Source: a virus
IMG/VR virus record: IMGVR_UViG_3300021185_001231
Direction: 5' to 3' (one strand)
DNA: 64,000 bases
This document shows, piece after piece, positions 9,386 to 18,045 of the stretch. The notes under the pieces were generated by a model. That model did not search any database, was not told the DNA's origin, and was given only the letters and a program-made list of their open reading frames with translations. A program made the translations under genes and the position numbers. The stretch's first letter is position 1. The number at the start of each line of letters is the position of its first letter.

Positions 9386-9658
9386 ATGAAAACTAACTAT
9401 ATCGCAATGCGTTCTAATCCTGAACTAGTTCACTTCAGAAACTATGTTCTATCATTCTATGCCTATGATGGTCTATACCCTATAGAGGGTCTGTCAGTCG
9501 ATGCTGTAGAACGTGCTATAATGGAGTATCTAGAGATATGTTCTAGTACCACTTGTCATGAAACTTGGGGTCAGGGTGATTCACTTGACCGTGAACGTGT
9601 TCGTGATCTTATTATCGACACAACTTCCAGTAAACTTAAAGTTAGAGAGGCCGCATAA
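9386..9658 (+). CDS. Hypothetical early protein (start corrected to ATG 9386)
   Basis: ATG after GAGAGAGAGA RBS; ends ...VREAA. Confidence 0.75.
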   Translation: MKTNYIAMRSNPELVHFRNYVLSFYAYDGLYPIEGLSVDAVERAIMEYLEICSSTTCHETWGQGDSLDRERVRDLIIDTTSSKLKVREAA

Positions 9659-9930
9659 TGAAAGCAATCACTTATATTTCTGATCCAAGTCATTCTTACC
9701 TAAAGATTGATGTACGCACTGTAGAGAACCTAGGGTTCATGAACAAGATCTCTGAGTACTCGTTCTTCAATAATAAGTATGTGTGGTTAGAGTGCGATAA
9801 TGATTCACAGTTATACTTTGATGCTTTAGACGAACGCGGTCTGGCAGAACCTACTATCTATATGGAGACTCTTGATAACCAAGCTCCATTCAGATTATAC
9901 CCACGGTTCTCTGCGAAGGTTGCGGCATAG
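9658..9930 (+). CDS. Hypothetical early protein (DPxHxxL family)
   Basis: SDPSHSYLK and SEYS...WLECDND pattern recalled from small phage proteins; ends ...KVAA. Confidence 0.7.
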   Translation: MKAITYISDPSHSYLKIDVRTVENLGFMNKISEYSFFNNKYVWLECDNDSQLYFDALDERGLAEPTIYMETLDNQAPFRLYPRFSAKVAA

Positions 9931-10469
9931 TGAATGTAACAAAAGAACATAAGAGAGTATGGGGTTCATATTCTGATAGAAAAGATAGTTATGACGATGA
10001 TGAAGATATAAAATCATTTATAAAACTATGCAAGACTAATGATAATTTGCATAGTTATCTAGCTGCACATCTACCGAATAAAACACTGTTATTCAGAAGA
10101 AAGATGGATGGAGATTACGGAGTAGACCTATCTATCATTACAGAAGACGAAAAGGTTTGTGCAACAATCGATATAGAACGATGGAAGGCATGGGATAACG
10201 ATTGGCCATCTTATTATAGGTATATACATTTCTTGGCTAGAAAAGAAAAGTTCCTCAATCAATATGAAGCGCCATTCTTCATGGCATTCATGAACCATAG
10301 CAAAACAAAGACCTTGATGATTTCGGAACAAGATATAAGAAAATATCCAACCAAGTCCAAATACTTTAAGAGTAAGGGAGTGACGGATATGGTAAAGGAA
10401 CTACCTATGTCGGCCGGGTATGTGTATGGAGAGAATATTACTAAAAGAGAAAGAGAATTATTTCAATAA
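9930..10469 (+). CDS. Putative PD-(D/E)xK nuclease-fold protein
   Basis: YGVDL...IDIER..W pattern; GTG start. Confidence 0.45.
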   Translation: MNVTKEHKRVWGSYSDRKDSYDDDEDIKSFIKLCKTNDNLHSYLAAHLPNKTLLFRRKMDGDYGVDLSIITEDEKVCATIDIERWKAWDNDWPSYYRYIHFLARKEKFLNQYEAPFFMAFMNHSKTKTLMISEQDIRKYPTKSKYFKSKGVTDMVKELPMSAGYVYGENITKRERELFQ

Positions 10470-10474
10470 AACGC

Positions 10475-10503
10475 TTGACAAATAATAAAAATGCCTGTAT
10501 AAT
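10475..10503 (+). promoter_or_regulatory. Early sigma70-type promoter
   Basis: AAAACGC-TTGACA-N17-TATAAT. Confidence 0.9.
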
Positions 10504-10607
10504 ATACACCATTATAAGATATATAAAAGTCTTATATATACTGTTGTGTTTTAGGATTCTCATTGAGTCTTCTACTTCACTTAATTTAATCCAATAGGAA
10601 AAATACT

Positions 10608-11579
10608 ATGGCTATTATAGCACTTGCAGATTATTCTGCATCAGACCCAGACGCAGTTGCGTTACCCGACTACACCGACCTTGGTGTAACATCCGTAAAA
10701 AACATAAGACTCGACTTCAGAGATATCCATATTGATGATATCGAAGGACAACATACTAAAGTAGAAACTCACACTCCAGAAGAGATCGAAACACTTAGAA
10801 TGTCCTTCGCAGATGGTGTGGACAAGCTGGAGTTTCCGCCTGCTGTTTACTTTCGTGGTGATTCGCATGATAAACCTTACGTCCTTGTATATGGATATGG
10901 TCGTTCAGAAGCGATTCGTGCTTTAGGACAAAAGGATTGGATATTCACTTTGTTCTCTGGTACACCAGAAGAGATGGAAGATGTGCAAGCGAGAGAGAAC
11001 GAGGGATACCCCAAACGTCTTAATAAAGAAATTGACATGCGTAAACACTTGAGCAAGAAAATTAAGACTGGTCTTATCAAAAATAATGAGAGAGCAATTA
11101 AGGCAGAATTCGTGAGAATCTACGGCAAGACTCGTGATAAGACTTGTAGGAATCGTGTTGTAAAGATGGTTATGGAGGAAGCGGGGACTCCCCAACCATA
11201 CATTCTATACACATCTGTTCCTAAAATACAGGACTGGATTGACAACCACTCGCGAGTAGAATATAAAGTCGGTGGTGAGTATAATTCAGAAACCGATACC
11301 TACGGTGTATGTATTGGTGAAGGTTACCAGTATCGTGTTATCATGCAAGCCATTACACGTTATGTCGATACAGGTAAGTATACCGATTTAATTGGACACG
11401 TAGGTGCTCCAACGGCAAAAGCAACTCTAGAAATTAAAAGAAAGAACTTCGTAGAAAAGTTAGAGAAACACAAACGTGAATTGAAATCATGTGGATTAGA
11501 AGTCTTTCCTTTGAGAGTTATTGGGTTTTTACCACAAGAACGTGGAAAAGAAAATTTAAAAGGATTGTTACCAGTCTAA
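10608..11579 (+). CDS. Hypothetical protein with ParB/Srx-like N-terminal domain
   Basis: PPAV...YVLVYGYGRSEA resembles ParB/Srx PI.V...Y.LIDG.HR..A. Confidence 0.5.
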   Translation: MAIIALADYSASDPDAVALPDYTDLGVTSVKNIRLDFRDIHIDDIEGQHTKVETHTPEEIETLRMSFADGVDKLEFPPAVYFRGDSHDKPYVLVYGYGRSEAIRALGQKDWIFTLFSGTPEEMEDVQARENEGYPKRLNKEIDMRKHLSKKIKTGLIKNNERAIKAEFVRIYGKTRDKTCRNRVVKMVMEEAGTPQPYILYTSVPKIQDWIDNHSRVEYKVGGEYNSETDTYGVCIGEGYQYRVIMQAITRYVDTGKYTDLIGHVGAPTAKATLEIKRKNFVEKLEKHKRELKSCGLEVFPLRVIGFLPQERGKENLKGLLPV

Positions 11580-11586
11580 AAAATAT

Positions 11587-11608
11587 AGGGAACGAAAGTT
11601 CCCTTTTT
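11587..11608 (+). terminator. Rho-independent terminator
   Basis: AGGGAAC-GAAA-GTTCCCT-TTTT. Confidence 0.85.
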
Positions 11609-11632
11609 CTTAAATTAATTTCAATAAAACGC

Positions 11633-11661
11633 TTGACAAAACATGTTCCACTTGATATAAT
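11633..11661 (+). promoter_or_regulatory. Early sigma70-type promoter
   Basis: AAAACGC-TTGACA-N17-TATAAT. Confidence 0.9.
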
Positions 11662-11698
11662 GGTTACATAAATTGATAAAGAGAGAGAGAAAAAAGTT

Positions 11699-12232
11699 AT
11701 GGCATATGTATCCCAAGAAGACAAAAAGAATCTAGCCCCTGCGATCAAAGCAGTTCTAAAGAAGTATAACGTTAAAGCGTCAATCGCTGTTCGTCATCAC
11801 TCTACCCTTGTTGTGAATATTAAGTCTAGTCCACTAGATATTATCTCTGCTGTGAATGAGAGTCAACTAGAAAGAACTCGTCTTGACCTAGAGTGTAATC
11901 CACACGACTGTAAGACTACTGCTGCTCGACTTGCTGAGCAATATATCCAAGTCAATGAGTACTGGTTAGAAGAGAACTACAAGTCTGATCCCGTTGTGTT
12001 GGCATTCCTACTTGAGTTGAAAGAAGCGATGCACGGACCAGACTACTTCTGTGAAGATGATAGTCAGACTGACTACTTCCACCGATCACACTACATCGAC
12101 ATCAATGTTGGATCATGGAGCAAACCATACATCTGCACTGATAGTCCTCGTGACTGGACTCCAGAGATCGAAGAACTTAACCAACGTGCTGAACAAATTA
12201 TTGAATCACAAAAGACAGCGATGGCTGCATAG
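11699..12232 (+). CDS. Conserved hypothetical early phage protein (possibly LPD29-like)
   Basis: KASIAVRHHSTLVV...DDSQTDYFH pattern; ends ...AMAA. Confidence 0.7.
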   Translation: MAYVSQEDKKNLAPAIKAVLKKYNVKASIAVRHHSTLVVNIKSSPLDIISAVNESQLERTRLDLECNPHDCKTTAARLAEQYIQVNEYWLEENYKSDPVVLAFLLELKEAMHGPDYFCEDDSQTDYFHRSHYIDINVGSWSKPYICTDSPRDWTPEIEELNQRAEQIIESQKTAMAA

Positions 12233-12242
12233 GAGATATATT

Positions 12243-12434
12243 ATGATGAACTTTAAATACACTGAACAAGAACTAGTCTCAAAGATTGTAAGTAACCTAG
12301 AGAACGAAAACGATTCCCCACACTATGTGATTGGTTACCTGAGTTCTATGCTGTCGGTAATCGCAGCTAAGTCTCCGATCGCATTAGACTACATTAGTGA
12401 AACTCTTGACTACACGAACTTACCTAATGAGTGA
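12243..12434 (+). CDS. Hypothetical early protein (start corrected)
   Basis: AGGAG RBS before ATG 12243 (MMNFKYTEQ...). Confidence 0.7.
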   Translation: MMNFKYTEQELVSKIVSNLENENDSPHYVIGYLSSMLSVIAAKSPIALDYISETLDYTNLPNE

Positions 12435-12579
12435 GGTTTGGTGCGTCGAGTGGTATGACGAAAATGATGAACGCCACATAGAATGGAATGTTCGAGACCC
12501 CGAGAGTCTCCGAAAGAATTTAATTGACCTAGGTATGGACCCCACACGGATCGATATCTATCTCAAAGATGTTTCATAA
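12427..12579 (+). CDS. Hypothetical small protein (start corrected)
   Basis: MSEVWCVEWYDENDERHIEW...; overlaps upstream stop. Confidence 0.65.
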   Translation: MSEVWCVEWYDENDERHIEWNVRDPESLRKNLIDLGMDPTRIDIYLKDVS

Positions 12580-12601
12580 CCTTTCTCTCAAGGAACCTTT
12601 G

Positions 12602-12626
12602 CCCTTCTTCGGAAGGGTTTTTTTTT
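12602..12626 (+). terminator. Rho-independent terminator
   Basis: CCCTTC-TTCG-GAAGGG-T9 (UUCG tetraloop). Confidence 0.9.
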
Positions 12627-12646
12627 AATTTATTTTTATAAAACGC

Positions 12647-12675
12647 TTGACAAAGCCCGTTAAGTGTAGTATAAT
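12647..12675 (+). promoter_or_regulatory. Early sigma70-type promoter (cassette copy 1)
   Basis: TTGACA-N17-TATAAT in ~70 bp near-identical repeat with 12931-13001. Confidence 0.9.
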
Positions 12676-12708
12676 ACTTGTATTGATTATGAGAACTGAG
12701 AGATAATT

Positions 12709-12927
12709 ATGTATATGAGTGCAGAGAACTTGAGGTATTTTGATGATCTAATGCTTGATTGGGACTTAGAAGACTGTGTAGAAGCAGATCTTCCAGATGA
12801 TTTTTTCACTGAAATGCGTAATACTCAACGGCAGATATGCAAAAGAAATAATATGACCAGTAAAGAACTGTCCATTGAGTTGCGGCCTCTATTGCGATCT
12901 ATTGGAGACAATGATTACATTGGGTAA
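12709..12927 (+). CDS. Hypothetical early protein
   Basis: ORF between two repeated promoter cassettes. Confidence 0.7.
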   Translation: MYMSAENLRYFDDLMLDWDLEDCVEADLPDDFFTEMRNTQRQICKRNNMTSKELSIELRPLLRSIGDNDYIG

Positions 12928-12944
12928 AAGTTTTTATAAAACGC

Positions 12945-12973
12945 TTGACAAAGCCCGTTAATTGTTGTATAAT
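12945..12973 (+). promoter_or_regulatory. Early sigma70-type promoter (cassette copy 2)
   Basis: TTGACA-N17-TATAAT. Confidence 0.9.
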
Positions 12974-13008
12974 ACTTGTATTGATTATGAGAACTGAGAG
13001 AGAAAATA

Positions 13009-13131
13009 ATGAATAATGAAAACTGGACAGACAACACCGAAGCTTGGGAAGATGCTACCTTCCTCACACAGGAAGAGTACGACGCCATCAAGATAGATCC
13101 GTCCAAACCAATTGACATACGAGAGGTATAA
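13009..13131 (+). CDS. Small acidic early peptide (40 aa), missed by ORF track
   Basis: MNNENWTDNTEAWEDATFLTQEEYDAIKIDPSKPIDIREV after GAGAGAG RBS. Confidence 0.7.
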   Translation: MNNENWTDNTEAWEDATFLTQEEYDAIKIDPSKPIDIREV

Positions 13132-13134
13132 TAT

Positions 13135-13542
13135 ATGAGTAGAGTTAATCTAGTAATACACACGCAGAATTGGGAAAACTATGGCGCCCACGATTGGGAC
13201 GGTCAAGGCGAATGCCCACAGTGTTGGAAGGCTAAGGGTGGCGACACTTATGTGTATGGGTTCGAGTTCGAGGACCACACTTCAGTTCGATACATGATGG
13301 AGTCTATCACTCCGCTTATCGAGTCTGCTAATGATTATGCAGAGAATAAAGTTATTGATTGGTCTATCGAAGACGTGGATACCGTCGCTTGGGATTCTTG
13401 GGATAAGCCATACTACCTAACAAAAAACTTCTATGGTAACTACATCGCTACTCGCGAGTTGTTGTTCCCTGAAGGTGTTACAGAATCTTTTGTAATGGGT
13501 CGACAACGTGAACGTCTAGAGTATCATAGTACTGCTGCCTAG
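13135..13542 (+). CDS. Conserved hypothetical early protein
   Basis: [27 protein letters not shown] motif recalled from aquatic T4-like phages; ends ...STAA. Confidence 0.75.
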   Translation: MSRVNLVIHTQNWENYGAHDWDGQGECPQCWKAKGGDTYVYGFEFEDHTSVRYMMESITPLIESANDYAENKVIDWSIEDVDTVAWDSWDKPYYLTKNFYGNYIATRELLFPEGVTESFVMGRQRERLEYHSTAA

Positions 13543-13859
13543 ACGTGGAAACTTTCTCCGCAACCACATTCATTTTTGACATTAGGGTTTCTAAACTGGA
13601 ACCCTTCGTTCAATCCCTCTCTAACATAATCTAACTCAGTCCCATCTAGGTAGATCAAACTCTTTGAGTCAACCACTAATGTAACATCGCCACATTGCAT
13701 GACAACATCACCCCCGTCCATAGTATCAACAAACTCTAATAGATAAGACAAACCAGAACACCCATTAGTACGTACACCCAACCTAACACCAACACCCGTA
13801 GAACGATGTTCCAAATGTTTTACCATTTGTTGTTCCGCAGCTGATGTCATAGTAATCAT
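13539..13859 (-). CDS. iscA: Fe-S cluster carrier IscA (HesB family)
   Basis: GCSGLSY and CGCGESF motifs intact. Confidence 0.95.
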   Translation of the reverse strand: MITMTSAAEQQMVKHLEHRSTGVGVRLGVRTNGCSGLSYLLEFVDTMDGGDVVMQCGDVTLVVDSKSLIYLDGTELDYVREGLNEGFQFRNPNVKNECGCGESFHV

Positions 13860-14239
13860 TTCTTTCTCTTCTCTCTCACATCCTTGACAGCAGTCTTAAT
13901 AGCATCTTCTGCCAACACCGAACAGTGTATCTTCACGGGCGGTAATGCCAACTCCTCTGCCAGTTCGGTATTCTTTATTTGTTCTGCATCGTCTATATGT
14001 CTCCCCTTAACCCATTCCGTTAGGAGAGAACTAGATGCAATCGCTGAACCACACCCATAGGTCTTGAACTTAGCATCCTCTATGATACCATCGTCGCTCA
14101 CCCGTATCTGTAGTCGCATCACATCACCACAGGCTGGTGCACCTACCATCCCTGTCCCCACGTTGATTGACTTCTCGTCCAACACACCTACGTTCCTAGG
14201 GTTCTCGTAGTGGTCGATTACTTTGTCACTATACGCCAT
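13856..14239 (-). CDS. iscU: Fe-S cluster scaffold IscU
   Basis: [46 protein letters not shown]. Confidence 0.97.
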   Translation of the reverse strand: MAYSDKVIDHYENPRNVGVLDEKSINVGTGMVGAPACGDVMRLQIRVSDDGIIEDAKFKTYGCGSAIASSSLLTEWVKGRHIDDAEQIKNTELAEELALPPVKIHCSVLAEDAIKTAVKDVREKRKK

Positions 14240-15428
14240 TAGGTATCTCCGGTAGTTGTAGGTCGATGCTCATAGGAACACCGATCAGTTTGAGGAAGTC
14301 ACAGAAGGTCAGAGTCAATAGGTCCATCAACGCACCCAGTCCGATCGCATCTAAGAACGATTTGATCTTCTTTATCCATTGGTTGAACAGTTCCTTCTGC
14401 CATTGAGTGAACCAGTCTCTCGCTGCACGGACGAGGTCTTCTATCTGCACCTCCCCCACGATCACTGTGGTTTTGATCTCTCCACCCAGTAAATCTAACA
14501 GAGAAACTCCGAATAATTGAATCTCTTTCAACATCTCGATTATAAAACTATTCACACTGAAATTTTGTATATCGTCTTTTAACTGGTCAATCTTGTCTTG
14601 GGCTTCCTTTTTTAGGTCTCCAACAAGGGTTTTCGCATCATTTTCCAACGTTTCTAACTGTTTTTGTAGATCTTTTATGTAATCTTCTGCCTGTTTTTTC
14701 AGTGTGTCTATCTGCTCCCTTATCCACGTCTCTAGATCAAACTCCAAAAGAGCGGGTAATGAAGGTAATCCAAGTGCATCCCAGATGTCTTTAAACTTGT
14801 CAATTAACTTACCAAACAGACTATGTAATAGGTTTGTACATGCCTTTACGATCTCACTTTTAATGTAATCCCACGTAAGTTTACCTTTCCACTCATTACA
14901 TATGATACCAAACTCTCCCTTGTAGTACTGGTATGCTTCTGGTACTAGGTTATAGAATCTATCTATTTCATCAGTGATTTGTTTCTTTATACTCTCTTGT
15001 TCTTCCTTCTCTAGTATTCTTAACAGATCAATACTCAGACCCATAATGGATATATTGAAGTTAACAGGGATTATTTTAGAGATCAGTTCCATCATCTTTA
15101 TAGGAACATACATATGGAATTCAGCAATCAACTGAGTCCATGCATCGTTAGCTTCTTTCTGCCAATCACGTATTTGTCCTTTAGTCCACCAAGGAGAAAG
15201 TATTTCTGACTGCAACTCAAAGAACTCTTCGATCTGTTCTATGATGTCTTCTAATTGTTTTTTATAGTCTAGGTCTATATCAGGATTCTGTGATAGGTAT
15301 ACTTTTAGTTGACTAGGTATAGCTGCTATATCATTATAGAACTGTACATACTCCGCTTTGGTAGGAAGTAAGGAACCAGAGCAGGGCAACTCTGTATTGA
15401 ATGTAGGGAGTTGGAATGTAGTTGTCAT
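14229..15428 (-). CDS. Hypothetical alpha-helical/coiled-coil protein downstream of gp5
   Basis: 399 aa ORF abutting gp5; amphipathic helices. Confidence 0.7.
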   Translation of the reverse strand: MTTTFQLPTFNTELPCSGSLLPTKAEYVQFYNDIAAIPSQLKVYLSQNPDIDLDYKKQLEDIIEQIEEFFELQSEILSPWWTKGQIRDWQKEANDAWTQLIAEFHMYVPIKMMELISKIIPVNFNISIMGLSIDLLRILEKEEQESIKKQITDEIDRFYNLVPEAYQYYKGEFGIICNEWKGKLTWDYIKSEIVKACTNLLHSLFGKLIDKFKDIWDALGLPSLPALLEFDLETWIREQIDTLKKQAEDYIKDLQKQLETLENDAKTLVGDLKKEAQDKIDQLKDDIQNFSVNSFIIEMLKEIQLFGVSLLDLLGGEIKTTVIVGEVQIEDLVRAARDWFTQWQKELFNQWIKKIKSFLDAIGLGALMDLLTLTFCDFLKLIGVPMSIDLQLPEIPNGV

Positions 15429-15429
15429 A

Positions 15430-16014
15430 TTAGGAGTTTAGTTTAACGACTGTACCGTTTACATTAACGACAGGTGCTGTGACATTAATTTGTCCTGACG
15501 ATTTGATCGTTATATTCTTGATAACATCATCGCCAGTAGCATCAATCGTCATATTACCGTCCTTGTCTATTTCGTAGTACGTACCCGACTTATGTTGTTC
15601 ACGAATGCGTTCCTTGCCTTCAGTGTCATCCCACTCTTTGTAGTGTCCACTCTCTGTCTCATAGACCTTGTTTTGAGGATAGTTCTCTAGTGCTTTGGAG
15701 TTTGCATCTCCTTCCTTGGGTACAGTACCAATAACCATAGGCAACTGAGAGTTCTGACCATCCAAGAACATACCGAAAACCTGAGTACCCACAAGGATAC
15801 CTAGGTACTGTCCCGTACCTTCGTGAACACCTTGAGTGATTGGTACAACGATCTGAGCCCAAGGCAGATCTTCGTCTTTGATATCATCGTAAACCCCGAA
15901 AACTCTAACCTTCACGCGACCGAGTTTCAAGGGATCGTCCTTCACATTAACAACTTCACCAAGGAACCAACGTGTCTGGTCACCATAGAAATCAATGAAA
16001 GTATTGGGTATCAT
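15430..16014 (-). CDS. gp5: Baseplate central spike gp5 (OB-fold plus short beta-helix, no lysozyme)
   Basis: WFLGEVVNVKDDPLKLGRVKVR, LPWA, GxFLDG..Q.P, YPxNKVYETESGH..E.DDT...ERI. Confidence 0.9.
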   Translation of the reverse strand: MIPNTFIDFYGDQTRWFLGEVVNVKDDPLKLGRVKVRVFGVYDDIKDEDLPWAQIVVPITQGVHEGTGQYLGILVGTQVFGMFLDGQNSQLPMVIGTVPKEGDANSKALENYPQNKVYETESGHYKEWDDTEGKERIREQHKSGTYYEIDKDGNMTIDATGDDVIKNITIKSSGQINVTAPVVNVNGTVVKLNS

Positions 16015-17333
16015 TTTACATCACCATTGTCAAGTTTAACGCATGATAGTGAGACCGTATAGGACTCTCTACTAATATTATGTTTGGCTGAGAATATGAG
16101 AAAGTCACCGGACTTCTTATTATCAAAGAAATAGTCAGTGTCTTCGGGTGCCATGTTTCTCAGGAATCGTGTGGTTAATTTCCTACCGATAGTGTAGTTA
16201 CTGTCACCCCCAAGTAGATCTGTACCATTGACAGTGATGTCGATAGAATTCTTTTTGAGCAGTTGATCCATAGACTTATTGATGATGTTTGACTTATAAT
16301 ACACATTACTATCACTCTGCATATAAGATTTCATGGAGTATGCCTGAGTACTACCAATCATAGAAATACTTCGAGACTGATACTTATTGAAAGACTTTCC
16401 GTCGTGTTTATAAACTTCATCATACACCGGAGATTTTATATTAAAGTCTCCTTTTATTTTCTTTATAACATCAGTCTGAACATCAAATGTAAATTTATTA
16501 TTATCATTCTTTGTGGGGTCAATGAATCTATACTCAGCACCAATAAGCCCTTTGCGTATTAAAGATAAGAGATCCTCATTGTCTGAAGACTTGTATTGTA
16601 TAATAGTTCTTCTGTTTTTAGTTGAAATTGTAGAACCTGTAGAAGCACTAGACTTTGAATAAGTGTAAGGGTGATTCGGATTCATTGAACCTTCTTGCAA
16701 CATAGTCTTTAAATCAATAAACGTTAAATAATCATCTGCTATAGTCGAGTATAGGTAAAAGGGGTAACCATCACTGGTACATGTCCTGTTTTTAATCCAA
16801 GACATAGCTTCAATTGCATTTAGATTTGGAATGATGACTTTCATATTTTGATCTGACTTGCTAGGCACCAAGATCTCTTTGTTACCAAGGAATTTTTTTG
16901 ATATATTTCGTATTATCTTTTCGGGATTACCAGAGTAAGATTTATTGATATTATTAAGAGATGCGATATATGCAATGTCTTCCACAAGATGAAATATGAA
17001 GAACTCGGAGTTCTCATTAGACTTACTAGAACCAACAATGTTGTCTATATAGAAAGTTTTAGAAACCTCTATAGTGTCCGGTCTGGTTAGTTGTAAGGTG
17101 ATGGTTACCTTCTCACCACCAGAAAGATTAGTAGAAGAAACTAAATCATTCGTATCAGCAAAAGCTAACAAAGCGGTGAGATAAGGTTTATCGATATGTT
17201 CAAAAATCTGTATGTCGACCGTCATATCAGTGATATCAATGGAATTGTTTTCCATTTTATCAGACTCAATAACAATAGATTTAAATTCTATTGAATCTAC
17301 AGCCTCAATCGCACTAAGATTTGCTTCGCTCAT
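16011..17333 (-). CDS. Putative baseplate hub protein (gp27-like)
   Basis: Position between gp53 and gp5; C-terminal SGDFLI...KH pattern. Confidence 0.6.
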   Translation of the reverse strand: MSEANLSAIEAVDSIEFKSIVIESDKMENNSIDITDMTVDIQIFEHIDKPYLTALLAFADTNDLVSSTNLSGGEKVTITLQLTRPDTIEVSKTFYIDNIVGSSKSNENSEFFIFHLVEDIAYIASLNNINKSYSGNPEKIIRNISKKFLGNKEILVPSKSDQNMKVIIPNLNAIEAMSWIKNRTCTSDGYPFYLYSTIADDYLTFIDLKTMLQEGSMNPNHPYTYSKSSASTGSTISTKNRRTIIQYKSSDNEDLLSLIRKGLIGAEYRFIDPTKNDNNKFTFDVQTDVIKKIKGDFNIKSPVYDEVYKHDGKSFNKYQSRSISMIGSTQAYSMKSYMQSDSNVYYKSNIINKSMDQLLKKNSIDITVNGTDLLGGDSNYTIGRKLTTRFLRNMAPEDTDYFFDNKKSGDFLIFSAKHNISRESYTVSLSCVKLDNGDVK

Positions 17334-17340
17334 TGTATAA

Positions 17341-18045
17341 TTACCTTATGGCATCTCTGAATGCGTTGACAACAGTATTGACATTTTTTGGTTTGATCAC
17401 TCTTATCTGTTTTAATTTATCATTCTCACTGACATAGAAATCTAAGTTAGTCACCTTCACACGATCGTTTGGTACAGGTAAGTATGGATTTATGTCAACA
17501 ATCTCTCCATTTAATGTGTAATGATGTGCAGCGAGATACTCATCACCAATAGAAATAAAAGAATACGTTGAATTGTTTTCTACCAATTGTATTAATTCGC
17601 CTGACTGGAAGGGTTGGTCCGTACTTACAGTAACCTGACCTAGATCTAAATTGATATGTAATACCGTAGCATTGGCTCCAGAAGTATACCCTCTTATTTC
17701 CTGACCCACATATAGTTTTGATGGTGTGTCGGTATTGAACAGGAACGTCTGATTAGGATGATCTCTTTTGACCTTATCCGTTATCTCTTCTTGAGACATA
17801 GGCCAACCCTGTTCCCTCAGTTTTGGGTTCATAAGATAAAATACCCAATAAAGTTGAGGATTCTTATATATGTTGTAAGCGATGTGGTCAGGTCTCTCTC
17901 CATTTTTTACATAGTAATCTTGATAAAAACTTGAAGATAGTCTAATTTCATCGATAACCTCTGCATATACTGACAAATTAGTCATTATAGTAGATTCTCC
18001 CTCGAAAGAATAACCTACCACTGGAAAATCTTTAAAATATGCCAT
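17341..18045 (-). CDS. gp53: Baseplate wedge subunit gp53
   Basis: MAYFKDFP, GERPDHIAY.IY...LYW...LMN, R.I.VIKP. Confidence 0.9.
   Translation of the reverse strand: MAYFKDFPVVGYSFEGESTIMTNLSVYAEVIDEIRLSSSFYQDYYVKNGERPDHIAYNIYKNPQLYWVFYLMNPKLREQGWPMSQEEITDKVKRDHPNQTFLFNTDTPSKLYVGQEIRGYTSGANATVLHINLDLGQVTVSTDQPFQSGELIQLVENNSTYSFISIGDEYLAAHHYTLNGEIVDINPYLPVPNDRVKVTNLDFYVSENDKLKQIRVIKPKNVNTVVNAFRDAIR

Noticed and set aside
8835-13010. CRISPR-like array of repeats
   Set aside because: The repeats are promoters and leaders with irregular spacing, and whole genes lie between them.
12915-13163. 82-aa - strand ORF
   Set aside because: Antisense to a promoter cassette and the 40-aa early ORF.
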